64,000 bases of DNA, from the NCBI GenBank assembly GCA_964270895.1, contig OZ185442.1, one strand, 5' to 3'. Below the pieces are notes generated by a model. The model ran no database searches. It saw only the letters and a list, made by a program, of their open reading frames with translations, and was not told the DNA's origin. Origin of the DNA: Podarcis filfolensis. Its lineage: Eukaryota. The translations under genes were made by a program, and so were the position numbers. Each line of letters begins with the position of its first letter. Positions within the stretch are counted from its first letter, which is position 1. Shown in pieces: positions 1-24,489 of this stretch.

Positions 1-2631
1 CAAGGAGAAAGTCTTCTCCAAGATCCATCATCCCTTCCAGAGCTCAGCTTCTGCCAACCCTACATGTGTCACATTCGCTCTTAATTAAATGTCAACGACA
101 TCTGAAATCTGAAATGTTTAAGTTAGAGAATTGCTAATTTTGGCTTTGAACACACGAGGAAAAAAATCAAATTCGGAAAACAAGTGCTGTGGCTGAGGTG
201 AAGGATATTCAATTTTGAAAGCCCTACTTCAGTTGAGGAGGATGTGCCGTTCGCCCCCGTCGGTAGTGGCATCCCAAATTTCGACAAAGGCAAACGTTAG
301 AATCTCTTCAAGATGCAAATTCCAAGGAACTGCTTTGGATTTTGAATGGGTGCCTGTCGGCATGAATATCCACTCATTTGAAATGCGCCCCCATCCTCAG
401 TACACTGATATTTAAACCAAACTAATCCCAATGAAATTGTAATGATGCTGGAAACATCATCAGAGTTGTTTACTCAATCACGCCGGGCCGTGTGCTGATG
501 TTGGCTCCAACTCTAGGATGAATCATAACCCTGCCTTGTTGATGAAGATATATTCCCTCCTCTCCCTTATCTCCAGCTTTAATAATGATTTCAGCTGGGG
601 TGGGGAGCAAGAGCTCTCTGCTCTGGCAAACGAGGGCCCATCCCAGAGCTATAGGGTGCCATTAAAAGGAAACATCCAAAAATGACTGACTGAAGGCATC
701 AGGCCCCCTCCAAACTATTTTGCTTCCCCAAGTGATAAATCTCAGCCCCCTCCACTCAAGCTGAGCAGCTGTAAACAACAGCTGCTGCGTCCCTTTCAAA
801 TCCCGCTTCCAGATCAGCGGCACTATCAGAAACGCATTACTTCGTTGCCTGTCGCTTGTCGAAGGCGCCATTTAAAAATTTGCAACGCTCCTCTCCGCTG
901 AAGGCTGTAAATCTCCCCCATTTTAATGCCTCTTTATGGGTGGCAAAGGAGCGACAGGTGGGGTGGGGGGAGGCCCATCAGGCCCCCGCTGTTACGTATA
1001 TTGAATTAACAATTCTTAGCAGCTCTAATTATTTCCAGAAGGGCCTCTCAAAAGACGGCTGGAGAGAGACTGCAGCATATTAAAAACCCGTTCCACACGA
1101 TTTCCGCTCAGTCCCCTGCACAAACATCGCCACACTTTCCCGCTCAGCGTTTAACAGGCAAGTCTTGTCCTGGCCACTGAGAGCCAATTTTTCATGGATC
1201 CCAACCTGCATTGACGAGAGACGCCTTTAAACCAGGGGGTGCCTAAACTCTGGCACCCCAGGAGCTCAACTCATTAGCTTATGTCAGGGATCAACATCTA
1301 CCTTTGGCAGTCCTTGACAGCAACAAATGACAAACTCCTCCTAACACCCCCAGAACGCCTCCTTCCTCCTCCTCTGACAGGATTTCCAAGACGCTTTTTA
1401 CTGCAAAAGCTACACTGGTGCCAAAGGGAGAACAGGCTGTTCTGCCCCTTTGACATAGTGTGCCCTTTTTTTGCCAAGGGGGGCCGAAGCAGCCGTTTCC
1501 CAACACTGCCCTCCGCCCATAGGAAAACCTCAGTGGCCTGGCTTGGAAGAGAAATGAGAAGAAAAATCAGCAGCAGACTGAATTACGTGCAGAAAGGAGA
1601 AAAGTATAGCAGGAAAACAGCCCGATGGGAATAGAGGCCTATGCCACCAACATCTAACGTCAGCCCTGTGGCATATGGTTCTTGCACTCTAGAGGCTATT
1701 AAGGTAGCCTAGATATCTATTATTTAATTTGCATTTATGCAGAATTATAGCTTACGCTGCCACTTTCTTATTCCACTCATGCTACCTCTAGGCACATATT
1801 AATCGGTAAGCACCCCGTGGGCCTGATCAGGCGTGTCTAAGCCCCTGCCTCTTCTGTGGAGCTTTTCGCCCCAGTAAAGACTGGATAGGTTTCACCTGTT
1901 TCATTCCTGCATTACAGGCTTTTGAAAGGCAGAGAAGCAAGGACAGTGGAAGAGTTGGCAATCCCGGCACGTGTCCCCTATTCAAGATGACAAACCCACA
2001 GCCCTTTAAAACTAAGACTGCAATTCTATAAACTAACAAGGCTCGTTTCTCAGCCAACATATAGCATTGCCCAGTAACACACAAGCTTTTGTGGGCTAGC
2101 ACTCATTTTGTCTGATGCTTGAATCATTTCAAATAGACAGGCAGAAATGTAGAAGGGAGGGGAATTAAACCGGACCAAGAGACCGTGAAATTCAAGAACT
2201 TGCCTTTGACAACCTTTTGTCCCCACACTTCACAACAGTTTCTCTATACCCACACGTGCGTTTTACACACACTCACACACCTGTCAACCTGCAACATTCA
2301 ATGAAGTAGGCTCTATGAGAGTTTATGTCACAACAAATTTAAGAAGAACCTAAGAAGGCTAGATCAGGCCAACAGCCCATCTAGCCGAGTATCCTGTTTT
2401 CACAGGGGCCGCCCAGATGCGTATAGAAAGGTCAAAAGCAGGACCTGAGCACAGGAGCACTCTCCCCGCTCGAGTTTCCCAAAAACTGGTATTCAGAGGC
2501 TTATTTCTTCCAACACTGGAGGTAATTTCATCAATGGATTAACCGCACACAAACACACACAATCCAGCAGAATTTGTGTCAACAGGCTAATGGCAGAGCC
2601 AAAGTCTGCTCTCCTTTGGTACAGCAATCTC

Positions 2632-3130
2632 AAAGTAGAATCACAGAATTCTAGAGCTGGAAGGGACCACGAGGATCATCTAGTCCAACCCCCTGCAACG
2701 CAGGAATCTGCAATGCAGGTAAAGGGACCCCTGACCATTAGGTCCAGTCGTGACCGACTCTGGGGTTGCGGTGCTCCTCTCGCTTTGTTGGCCAAGGGAG
2801 GCAGTGTACAGTTTCCAAGTCATGTGGCCAGCATGACTAAGCCGCTTCTGGCGAACCAGAGCAGCACACAGAAATGCTGTTTACCTTCCCGTCAGAGCAG
2901 TACCTATTTATCTACTTGCACTTTGACGTGCTTTCGAACTGCTAGGTTGGCAGGAGCTGGGACCGAGCAACGGGAGCTCACCCCGTCATGGGTATTCAAA
3001 CTGCCGACCTTCTGATCAGCAAGTCTTAGGCTCTGTGGTTTAACCCACAGCACCACCCACGTCCCTCCAGAGTGGGGCTCAAACTCACAGCCCTGAGATT
3101 GAGTCTCATGCTGTACCAACTGAGCTAGCA
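2632..3130 (-). mobile_element. tRNA-Lys-derived SINE with CR1-type tail (split by a Sauria SINE)
   Basis: Head about 3063-3130 resembles tRNA-Lys(CTT); tail 2632-2716 resembles a CR1 3' end. Confidence 0.7.
2717..3062 (-). mobile_element. Sauria SINE (Squam1-type), nested in a tRNA-Lys SINE
   Basis: tRNA-related head (gtgctgtgggttaaaccacag...cagaaggtcggcagtttgaat), characteristic body and ACCTTT-type BovB tail. Confidence 0.85.
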
Positions 3131-3869
3131 GTTTTGTCTATCTGCTCTCATCGAAAGTCTCTTGAAGACAAGGTTTAAATGTTAGGAAGAAACCTGCACT
3201 GGATGCCACTAGATTTGTGTATGTCTATATCATGCAAAAGCACACGTACAAAAATGTAAATTCCAGAACTAGCAGTGGCTATGATTCCTCCATACAGCAC
3301 CCAGGATGCCAACCTTAGAATGTAACGCATCACCTGAACATCCTCAGTGAGGCAGGTGGTGCAAATACAGCTCGAATTCGGAGGTGGGAGTTGGCAGCGC
3401 AATAAAAACAGATTTAAAGTTTGTGTTTTCCTGGTGTGTTGATTCACCGAGATACAATGGCTTACACAGGCAAGTTTTGTGTACACTATCAGATTATGCC
3501 AAATGTCCTCATCTCTACTGCACAGCAGCTTGAGATACCCCCCATTTTCCCAGGAGTGGCGCAAATTCTTAATTGAGTTTGTAAAGTGCTGAGCTCCTGA
3601 GAGGCATTCCAGAAGTGTACATTAGCATCAAGCTGCAGAGAAACACTCTTGGGCTTCAGCGCCACCGTCAAAGTCACAGTTAAGGCTGAGGTGGCAGTTT
3701 TATTCCAAATTCCCATGTTTTAAATCATTCATAAACTTCAGGGAGGAAAAAGCCCTTGGGGCTAACCCACAACTCATGCAGTCTCTAAGTGTTGTTTTAT
3801 TTTTTTTAAAAGGAACAGATTTGAGGGTTGCATAAAAAAATAAAGATGGAATGTTGAAACAGGTAAAAG

Positions 3870-4155
3870 TACTTTATTTACGCAACAGTTAAATTCTGGA
3901 ACGTGCTCACACAGGAGGCAGTGATGGTCACCAAATTGGATGGCTTTAAGAGAGGGCTGGACAAGTTACTGGAAGCTATCAATGGGTACTAACTATGACG
4001 GTTATGCTGTCTCTAGGTGAAGTAACGCTTCTGAACAAGTTACTGGAAACTGCAAGAGCGCTCCTGCTCGAATCCTGCTTGCTGATTTCCCAAAGGCAAC
4101 TGTTAGAGATGTCAAACTAGATGGGCCACTGGCCTGATCCAGCTGGCTCTTCTTA
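3870..4155 (+). mobile_element. CR1/L2-clade LINE 3' remnant
   Basis: Degenerate Q.VKFWNVLTQEAVMVTKLDGFKRGLDK ORF end, then ...ctagatgggccactggcctgatccagc; related minus-strand 3' ends at about 2345-2520 and 8590-8790. Confidence 0.55.
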
Positions 4156-4899
4156 TCCACCCCAGATTTGCAGCGGAAATATAAAGACCAGGAAGTAGAG
4201 GTAAAGAGAGAAATACACCACTCTCCCAGTTAACTTTTTATTTCAAATCAAGTTCATATCCAACCGCCATATTCTCCAAATTAACACCAGACCACAGAAT
4301 ATTTGTGTTGCCTATAGCTCTCATTGAATAAATTTCTCACATTTAAGCAGTTTGCCATCAGGGAAGTCTGGGGCAAAGGCATCACAAGCTAAAATTAACA
4401 TCTCAGTTCCAACACCTACCAGAATGTCAAACGGTCAGTCAAGACCTAAAAGCGAGTTGCCAGCAGCGAGTGTAAGAACAGTGGCAAAAGAGAATTCATT
4501 TTCTGATGAGGGGTTTAATCCAATAAAAAATTGCACTGGAAAGGCAGGGCAAAGGTACCTACTTTAATAAAATTTGGCAACTGTTTTCATCAAACAAGCA
4601 TAAGTTTTCCATATGGAATACACAGGCGCAAATCAGAGGGTTGTGAACTAATTACAGAATCTTCTGCTTTCTAACGAATTAAATTTTTATTTTCAAATCA
4701 CCAAAACCTCACTATTGAAGGATATGTATAAGAACTTTCAGAAAGGCCATCTTTTAATATTTTTTCCACCTTGGAAGCAAAATAGCTAAAAGAAGAGTGT
4801 GCCCTTACTAGCAGCTCTAACGAATTAAAGTTTGCTCTCTCCAATTAAAATTGACCCACAACAGCAAGAGCTTTAGTTTATTAATCTAGCAATTAAAGA

Positions 4900-6230
4900 C
4901 TGCATCCCTAACTGCACTGACTCCAATCATCATGAAGTGTTTTGAGAAACTGGTGCGCCGTCATATTATTTCCTGTCTTCCATCAACTTTTGACAACTAC
5001 CAGTTTGCATACAGGGCAAATAGATCCACAGAGGACGCTATCACCACCACTCTCCATGCTGCTCTGTCCCATCTGGAGCAGCCGGGGAGTTATGTGAGGC
5101 TGCTGTTTGTGGATTTTAGCTCAGCTTTTAACACTATTCTCCCCCATAGACTGGTGTCCAAGCTAGAGGCGATTGGACTCTCCAACTCCACCTGTCTCTG
5201 GGTTTTGGATTTTTTGTCAGAACGTTCTCAGAGGGTTAGAGTAGGGTCACATATGTCCACAGCCCTTAGCCTTAACACCGGCTCACCACAGGGTTGTGTG
5301 TTGAGTCCCCTGCTCTATGCTCTCTATACGTATGACTGTACAGCCATCTATTCCAGCAACAAAATCATCAAGTTTGCTGATGACACTACGGTGGTAGGGC
5401 TCATTTCAGGAGGGGATGAGTCCGCCTATCGGGACGAGGTGGAGCGGCTCTGTGTTTGGTGTGGAGAGAACAATCTGGCTCTTAATACGGCTAAGACCAA
5501 GGAATTAGTGGTGGATTACAGGAAAAAAAAGGCGGACATTCAGCCCTTGCATATCAATGGGGAACGGGTGGAGAGGGTGGCGGAATTCAGGTTTTTGGGA
5601 GTAACTATCGATCAGGGCATGACTTGGAGCGCAAATACCACTGCTCTGGTGAAGAAGGCCCAGCAGAGAATTTATTTCCTCAGACTTTTAAAGAAGAACA
5701 ATCTGAGTGAGAGACTGCTGGTGTCCTTCTACCGAGGCTCCATAGAGAGCATTCTTACATACTGTATTTGTGCTTGGTTCTCCAGTTGTACAGCTAGGGA
5801 GAGGAAGGTGCTCCAGAAGGTCATAACCACAGCACAAAGGATTATTGGTCAACCTCTCCCATCCTTGGAAGAATTGTACGGTTCCCGTTGTCTTAGGAAA
5901 GCAAACAACATCCTGCAGGATTCATCTCACCCGGGATACAGTCTGTTTGCACTACTGCCGTCTGGCAGGAGATATAGAAACATCAAGTCAAGGACAAATA
6001 GACTGAAAAACAGTTTCTACCCGAGAGCTGTGGCCCTTTTGAATGCTGTAACTCGATAGTGTGACTTGGGAGATTGATGGGTGTGGGTGTGGGTGTGGCT
6101 GGAATGTGGTTTGTGGGTTGTTGTTGTTGTTTTGCTTTTGTTGTTTTTAAGGGATGGCATCCAATTTCGTTGCACTTGTGCAATGTTGCACGTGTGTAAT
6201 GACAATAAAGAATCTATCTATCTATCTAAT
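4900..6230 (+). mobile_element. 5'-truncated Rex1/Babar-clade LINE with uninterrupted RT ORF (4932-6059)
   Basis: MKCFEKLV...YQFAYRANRSTEDAI...LFVDFSSAFNTI...PQGCVLSP...KFADD; AATAAA at 6204; (CTAT)n tail; no endonuclease domain present. Confidence 0.85.
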
Positions 6231-6570
6231 CTGAATGAACTGTGCTTGAGCACAGAGTATTTCTCAGGGAGGCAGTGCTTTTTTTAAAGGCAGTAATTAT
6301 ATCCACACTTGCATATAAATTTTTTACATATAGCTGCAGCTGCCCATGTAAGTGGGGATATTTGCAGCTGGCATGGCGTTTTCGTCCTGAAGATTTTAGT
6401 CCTCATTGTTTCGAAGAAAGGTTTGAAATGGTGGCTTATGTTATGAAATGGTAGGCAGTTTATGTGGTCAAGATTCAGATACTACAAAAAAGACTGGAGG
6501 GTGCGCAGGGAGTAAGGTGGGAGAAGTGAAGCCTTCAGAAAAACACACGCAACATCAGTAAATAAAGGAC

Positions 6571-6576
6571 TTTATT
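6571..6576 (-). terminator. RPS19: RPS19 polyadenylation signal AATAAA
   Basis: tttatt on + strand, about 19 nt after the TAA stop. Confidence 0.85.
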
Positions 6577-6594
6577 TCTGAACTGCAATTCACT

Positions 6595-18449
<11,855 letters not shown>

Positions 18450-19839
18450 CTATAGAAGAGAGGGGTGGGGGAAGCAGCGAAGACCAGTATGCATTAATGC
18501 CAGTTCAGAAGGAAAAAACTCCCAGTACACAAAGTTGGGAAATATTAAGACCAAGCAAAGTCATGGCAAGCTTTTGAGGTTGGGGGGAGGGAAACCCCAC
18601 CTGAAGTGCTCACCTTTAGGAAGTTTATCCAGAGCTGAAGGGAGGCACATTTTGATCTCTGGAACCATCCCAAGGACCAATGGAAGGCTGCCTCCCAGGA
18701 AGAACATTATGGCAAAAATCACAACAAACCGGGCCCCATCCACCAGCCAGAGAAGGCTGCAAGGAGCTTACTTTCCTCCTTGGGGCGGGGGGAACACTTG
18801 GCCCTAACTGTTAAGTTACGTTAGGGACTGCAAGAGAAGTATTTTCTAACCTCTGCTACAGGTCAGGAATTCAAGAGCTATAGGTTATCACAGCAATACC
18901 CATCAAGCCCCATCAATCTGCATCTGCTCCTACACTTGCATTTCCTTCACATTCTTTTCCATTTGCACCATGTCTATCAAATTCTGAGCTGCATCTTAGA
19001 ATATGGTTGGTGGTTCATACTTACTGAAGTATTTATACATATTTAGGTCAAGGTGCTTTGTGCATTTTACTCTGCAGCACACCATATAACCCAATGACAA
19101 CTTTATTATCAACAATAATGCCTATTTTATTTATTTTACTTTTGTTTAAAATGGATGAAGGCTGCAGCAGGGAGAACATTTCTATTCCTAGTTTTGAAAT
19201 GCCTACAGGTTTCCTGCCCAATGTATATTCTAGTTTAAGGCTCATTCGCCATTTACGAAGCATTTTTACGAATCAGGGTAATAACAATTACATTCTCCCC
19301 TTTTAAATCCTCTCCAACTTAGGCCCATTTTTATTTTTGGTATCTCTTCCATAGGTGTGGATCAATGGGGAACAAAAACCTTTTAACTAATTTTATAACA
19401 GCAGGCTTTACTTTCAAGTAAACGTACAGAGAATTAAACAAGGCGGCTGCAGTCCTGTGCAAAACTTTACTTAGGAGTAGGCTCCACTGAAAACAGAGCG
19501 AACGAATTCTAAGAAACCATACACACTATTTCACCATGCCTTTCTTTTAGCCTGTCCTAAGTTTTGGAAATGAACTTTCTTTTCCTTGTGCCCAAGGCAA
19601 TAACGCAAAGCACATTTTAAACTTGACGCGCAATTTGGAAAATTACTTGTTATCGCAAGTAATAATACATAAATTTTCTTCGCCTTGTGCCCAAAGCACA
19701 TTTTAAAGTTGACGTGGCGATTTTGGGGGGGCGGGCGGGGGAATGTATACTTTATTATGGCTTTGGTAACCAGAACACGGGACTTTTAGCGCAAGCCAGG
19801 CCCTCGTCTGTCCTCTTCCGCCTCATGAGACATGGAAGC

Positions 19840-20310
19840 CGGCTCCCCGCCACCCCGCGCCTCCTGGAAGAGCATCCCCGTCCACACGCTCTTGGCCCAG
19901 CGGGACGGGGGACGCCAGGCCAGGCGGACCAGGGGCGGCGGGAGACTGGGCCGCCAGCCTTCGGGCGCGCCGAAAGCCCTTCCCCGAGAGGACCCAGGCC
20001 TACCCACCACGCTCCCCGAGGCCGCTCACCGTGCTCCTGCCGCTGCGTTCCGGGAAAAAAAGAGAGCGAGAGGGGTTACCCACCCGCTACTCACAAGGGC
20101 TCCGGGCGTCGCGAGGTTCTGTAAGCCAATAGTGGGCCGCGAGACTTGGGGCGCCCAATCACCGCGGCGCGCGGGAGGAGCATGGCGCCGCCTTTTAGTT
20201 CTAACCCCCGCTCACACGCCTCAGCGGCGGAAGCGGAAGCTGCGGAAGCGTTTTGCACAAAAGGGCGGAAGTTGGTCTAGCCTAGTCTCCATCGTTCGCC
20301 TCGTGAGTAA
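19840..20310. promoter_or_regulatory. CpG island / RPS19 promoter with ETS(GABP), CCAAT and YY1-like motifs
   Basis: CpG-dense; CGGAAG at 20228, 20234, 20243 and 20266; CCAAT near 20127 and 20156; CATGGCG at 20181. Confidence 0.8.
20030..20066 (-). promoter_or_regulatory. RPS19: RPS19 non-coding exon 1 with 5'-terminal oligopyrimidine (TOP/TCT) tract
   Basis: Minus strand reads CTCTCTTTTTTTCCC-GGAACGCAGCGGCAGGAGCACG|gtgagc, a pyrimidine tract followed by a strong donor. Exact TSS not determinable. Confidence 0.85.
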
Positions 20311-21644
20311 TTTGGTGGGTGGGGGGGGTGTTAGAATCTCACTTTTTCTTTTGACTTGAGCGTTGATTGGTGCTTTATAGAGGAAACAGGTTTGCAGGTG
20401 ATACAGGTTATTGCTTTTATTATTAATAATAATACTTATATAAATTTGTTGAGATTTTTTTTGGGAGGATAAAGTTTGTATACATTATAAGCTAAAATAA
20501 ATAAAGATAAACAATTATAACAACAGACGAAATAAGGCGAATTTTTTAATAATGGTATTTCCAGAACAAGCTAAAAGTGTTTTGAAATCTTATGTCCACA
20601 ATATTAATATATTAGCCGAAGTTTTTAAGGTGCTCACAAGCTTCTTTGTTAACCTGGTTGCTAGGGAAGTAATAAAAACTACCGTTACAACTGCCAAAAC
20701 AACCTTGGAACCCCATTCAAAACGTGTGCAAGGTGACTTACGTACTCTTAAAGAATTATTGCATCGCCTTAGCGTTGCAGAAAATATACAGATTTTTATT
20801 CAGCTATACTTCTTTGCCTATATATTTAATATTTCTGGCTTTAATACATGTAGTGCTATCTACCAATTTGCTTAGGCGGGTTAGGCTTAATGGGTTTCTC
20901 TGCTTCTCGGGATGCTTTTTAAAAATTGGTGTTGCCAAAGGACTGAAAGGAATTTGCATAGATTCGACACTGTTATGGGATTCTTGGCTATGTGTCATCC
21001 AAACCCAGCAAGTTGCTAATTTTTACTCTCTCCATTAACCATGCTGCTTCATCTCTTTGTTACCTGTATTTGACTTCTTCAGACATTCTTCCAGAAAAAA
21101 AGTAGTCAAGCATTTGTGTGTGTGCAACCTTTGCAGTGAAGACTGATGCAAAGAATTAATTCGGTTTTCCTGTGGTCTGCCTGTACTCCATCACCATATA
21201 CAACTCTCTTGAGTGACAATACATTTATTACTCTGGCACCTTCTTGGGCTTGTAGACTACAAATTACGAAAGGCACAAAAGCTTTTGGAATGTCTGTTGT
21301 ACACATTTCAAATAATCTCCAAATGTTCTGAAGAGATTTGGTTTTCCTGACCTTTCCTTTTCAATTAATGCATTCATTTTTAAAGAAGATTCTTGAAATT
21401 GCAGGCCTTAGAGGCTAGAGGAAATTTGAGCACCTGCATAGGCTTTTACCTAGTCTAGTCTGACTAGCTTCTACCTAGTCAGTCTTATTTTCATCTGCAG
21501 TTGATGAACAACTTCAAGGCCACTGCTTTCCCTTATTGTTCTTTAAACTGGACAGACATTTAAATAGAGAATTTATGCCCCCCTTAATCTGGTCCAATCC
21601 AGGACCAGCCCTACCATGCAGCAGGGAGAAGCAACATGCTTCAG

Positions 21645-21800
21645 CCTGGATAGCTCAATTGGTTAGGGCATGGTGCTGATATCACCAAGATTGCAAGTTT
21701 GATCCCTGAATGGGCAGCTGTGTATTCCTGCACTGCAGGGAGTTGAACTAGATGATCCTCAGGGTCCCTTTCAACTCTACAGTTCTATGATTCTATGATT
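21645..21800 (+). mobile_element. tRNA-Ile-derived SINE with CR1-type tail
   Basis: tagctcaattggttagggcatggtgctgatatcaccaag head and (TTCTATGA)n tail. Confidence 0.8.
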
Positions 21801-24489
21801 TGTGTAGCACCAGGACTTCTTTTTTTTCTCCCCTCAGCTGGAACTCGCCAGAATTCAGTTCCAACAACTCTCAGGTTGCCATTCTGAGAGAACGAGGGAA
21901 GTGTTCATTGTGAGTTCTGGTACCTCTTTTTCCAGAGGGAAAGGGCACTTGGGCTCTACTCCAGGTAGCAAAATGTTTTGGATCGGCACAGGTTCCCTCA
22001 AAATACAGGCAAGACCACAAGAAAAATAAGACTGACCAGTTCCATTTGTTTTTTTATACCCCATTACAACTCCAGTCTCATTACATTGCTTAAAAGGCAC
22101 ATTAAATTATCCCCTGGCAGAGGAATTGCACATTGCTCAATCTGGGCTGAGCTACAGTTTCCCTATCAACTGCCTTCATTTCCATGAGGAAAAGGGGCCC
22201 CGTTTTTTATATTTGATAGCAGCAACAGGTGGCAATTAACTTTTGAAGCTTGCCACACAAATGTGATTTATGGCTGTGTCATAGCTCCAAGAGACACATA
22301 GACTTGCTGCTGCTGCTAATATTAATATTAATAATAATAATAGAGGTGGCAATTCTCATGAGGAGAAAACTTTATCACACACAGATAACCCTGGACTGAA
22401 ATTATTCGTGGACTGGAGACTGGAGATTGCAGAAGCACCCTGGGCATCACGAGAACCAACAATCAATAACTGAAACCAGCTTTCTCTCATACCTGCTCCT
22501 TCCAAATTTTCCATGGTTCTTTTCCTTCTTGACTATTTTACCTCCATAGATAAAAAGTGAGGTTTATTGCGCCGAGTTTTAAACAGAATCAATTTCATTA
22601 GCTTAATTTAAGGTTCTAAAAATACCGAGGGCCGAGCCACAGTCTTTGTTTAAATAATGGGTTTATCGACAGTTCCTGATGTCCATTATGTGCTTTAATG
22701 CCGCAATATTCAATAGCTCTCTGCAGTTCAGCTCCCTCATTTTCAATAATTGCTTTGTGGGTGGAAGCGATTTTCCTATTGCTGTCTTAAGTGGGCCTCT
22801 CTCAATTGCACTTAGCTGATGGTGCCCAAAGGTAGAGGAGACGCACAAAGGGAGGGAGGCGAGGGACAAAGGAGAATTGGGCTCCTCTTGTGCCTTTAAA
22901 TTTTCACATCACACAGACTAGGAAATTTCACCAGGTACCAGCTTTTCCCACTCAGGTTTGACAAGCTGCACCTGACAAAAATTCTTTCAGCTTCACCGTA
23001 ATTAAAGGCTCTTATTAAAGTCTTGTCTTCATCGGCTTATTCAGACGCAGCATCGCTGCTGGGCATTGTCAGGTCTGCCACACAGGAAGGACCTCACGGT
23101 CAATTCCCAGTGCCCTCTGGCCCTGCTCCTCCTGCTTTCCTGCTCTCTAAGGAAACAGAGAAGGAGGAAGAGCCTCAACCTTGCCTTGCCCTCTCCTCCT
23201 GGGCAGTGGTGTAGATTGGACCAAGGGGACAGGCAGGGACATAGTTATGGATGGTGGTTGGTGGGTAGAGCTGGCCCTACCAGGGGGGCAGAGTGTAGCA
23301 ACCGCTTCAGGGGGCAAATGCTGAAGGGTGGTCAGTGGTTAGAGCTGTGTGGACTGCCCCACATGCCCTCAGGCTGCATACTGGCTGCATACACACTGCA
23401 CAGTTAAAGCACATCCCACAAAGAATCCTGCGACCTAGGGCATTGCATGCACACATGCACATGGTGCTTTTCCGTTTTTCTTTTCAATTGGCATTCAACA
23501 AGTGACTGGTGAATCTGGCAATTTCGGTTTCTCACTTTTCCACTCTTTAAGGTCAGTTCTCCACATTTCCACATCAGTCTGCTCTCTATACTTACGTCTT
23601 CATGAAAATCGACAGCAATTTAATGTGAATTTCTCCTAATACACACATCTCTGGATGCAATTTTGCCCAGCAAAGACATTTTTCTAAAGCAATTCCCTTA
23701 CATAATACATTTTTTGCAATATGCATTTTTATGCACACTTTACCCTGGCATATACATTTTTGTACACATCGCTGGACTACAGAACTGCAAACTCCGAGAA
23801 GTGCAGATTTCAAAGGACAGCTGCATCAGTGCACAGATTGTTTCAGAAAATGCAAATTAAGTAGGTTTGCCTATAAACGCAAACTGAACCGAATCTCTCC
23901 CATGCCCGGCATTCAGCATATTGTGGCTACTGATTAAGTCTAGTCCACATTGGGCTGGTTTTGGAGTTTTTTGCCCAGATTGTTGGTGGTGGTTTGCTTG
24001 TTTGCTTTTAGCAAAAAAAAGTCATTCTGTAAAACCTCAAAAGAGTTCCCCTGAGCATATTAATAGCTCGCCTCCTGTTTCTCAGGCTGCCTACATACTA
24101 ACAATTACTGTGCACTGACTGCAGTTCGTGCTGGGTTTTTAATCTTGTCTTGGCAGAACCTGCATCCAAAATGCCTATGTATCCTGTTGTTTGGCATCTA
24201 TCGGTCTTGGGGAAACAATGGAGGAGTTCATCTTTGGGGGTGAGGTCAAACTCTTTGACGTTTGCAGTGCCCACTCTGGCTGTAGAGGCCGATGCAGGAG
24301 TGACATGTTTTGTTGCAGCTGGGGCAGATGAAGGCATCCAGTTGTGCTGCTGCAGATGCACCATGGTGTTTCGCAGTCAAATCGTGTGCACATGTACCAG
24401 AGGAGAAATGACCACTGGGACTGTATTTCGTTATAAAAGGCTGCTGTTGGCTGTGTTGTTTCTCAAACCAGCTTCACACCAATTGGAGT

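Noticed and set aside
1-2300. Search for CD79A exons, the mammalian downstream neighbour of RPS19
   Set aside because: No signal-peptide, Ig or ITAM coding exon could be recognised; absence inside this window says nothing about flanking DNA.
19687-20359. 145 and 175 aa plus-strand ORFs
   Set aside because: CpG-island artefacts overlapping the RPS19 promoter and intron 1.
20552-20875. 107 aa ORF downstream of the divergent donor site
   Set aside because: No recognisable homology or supporting splice structure.
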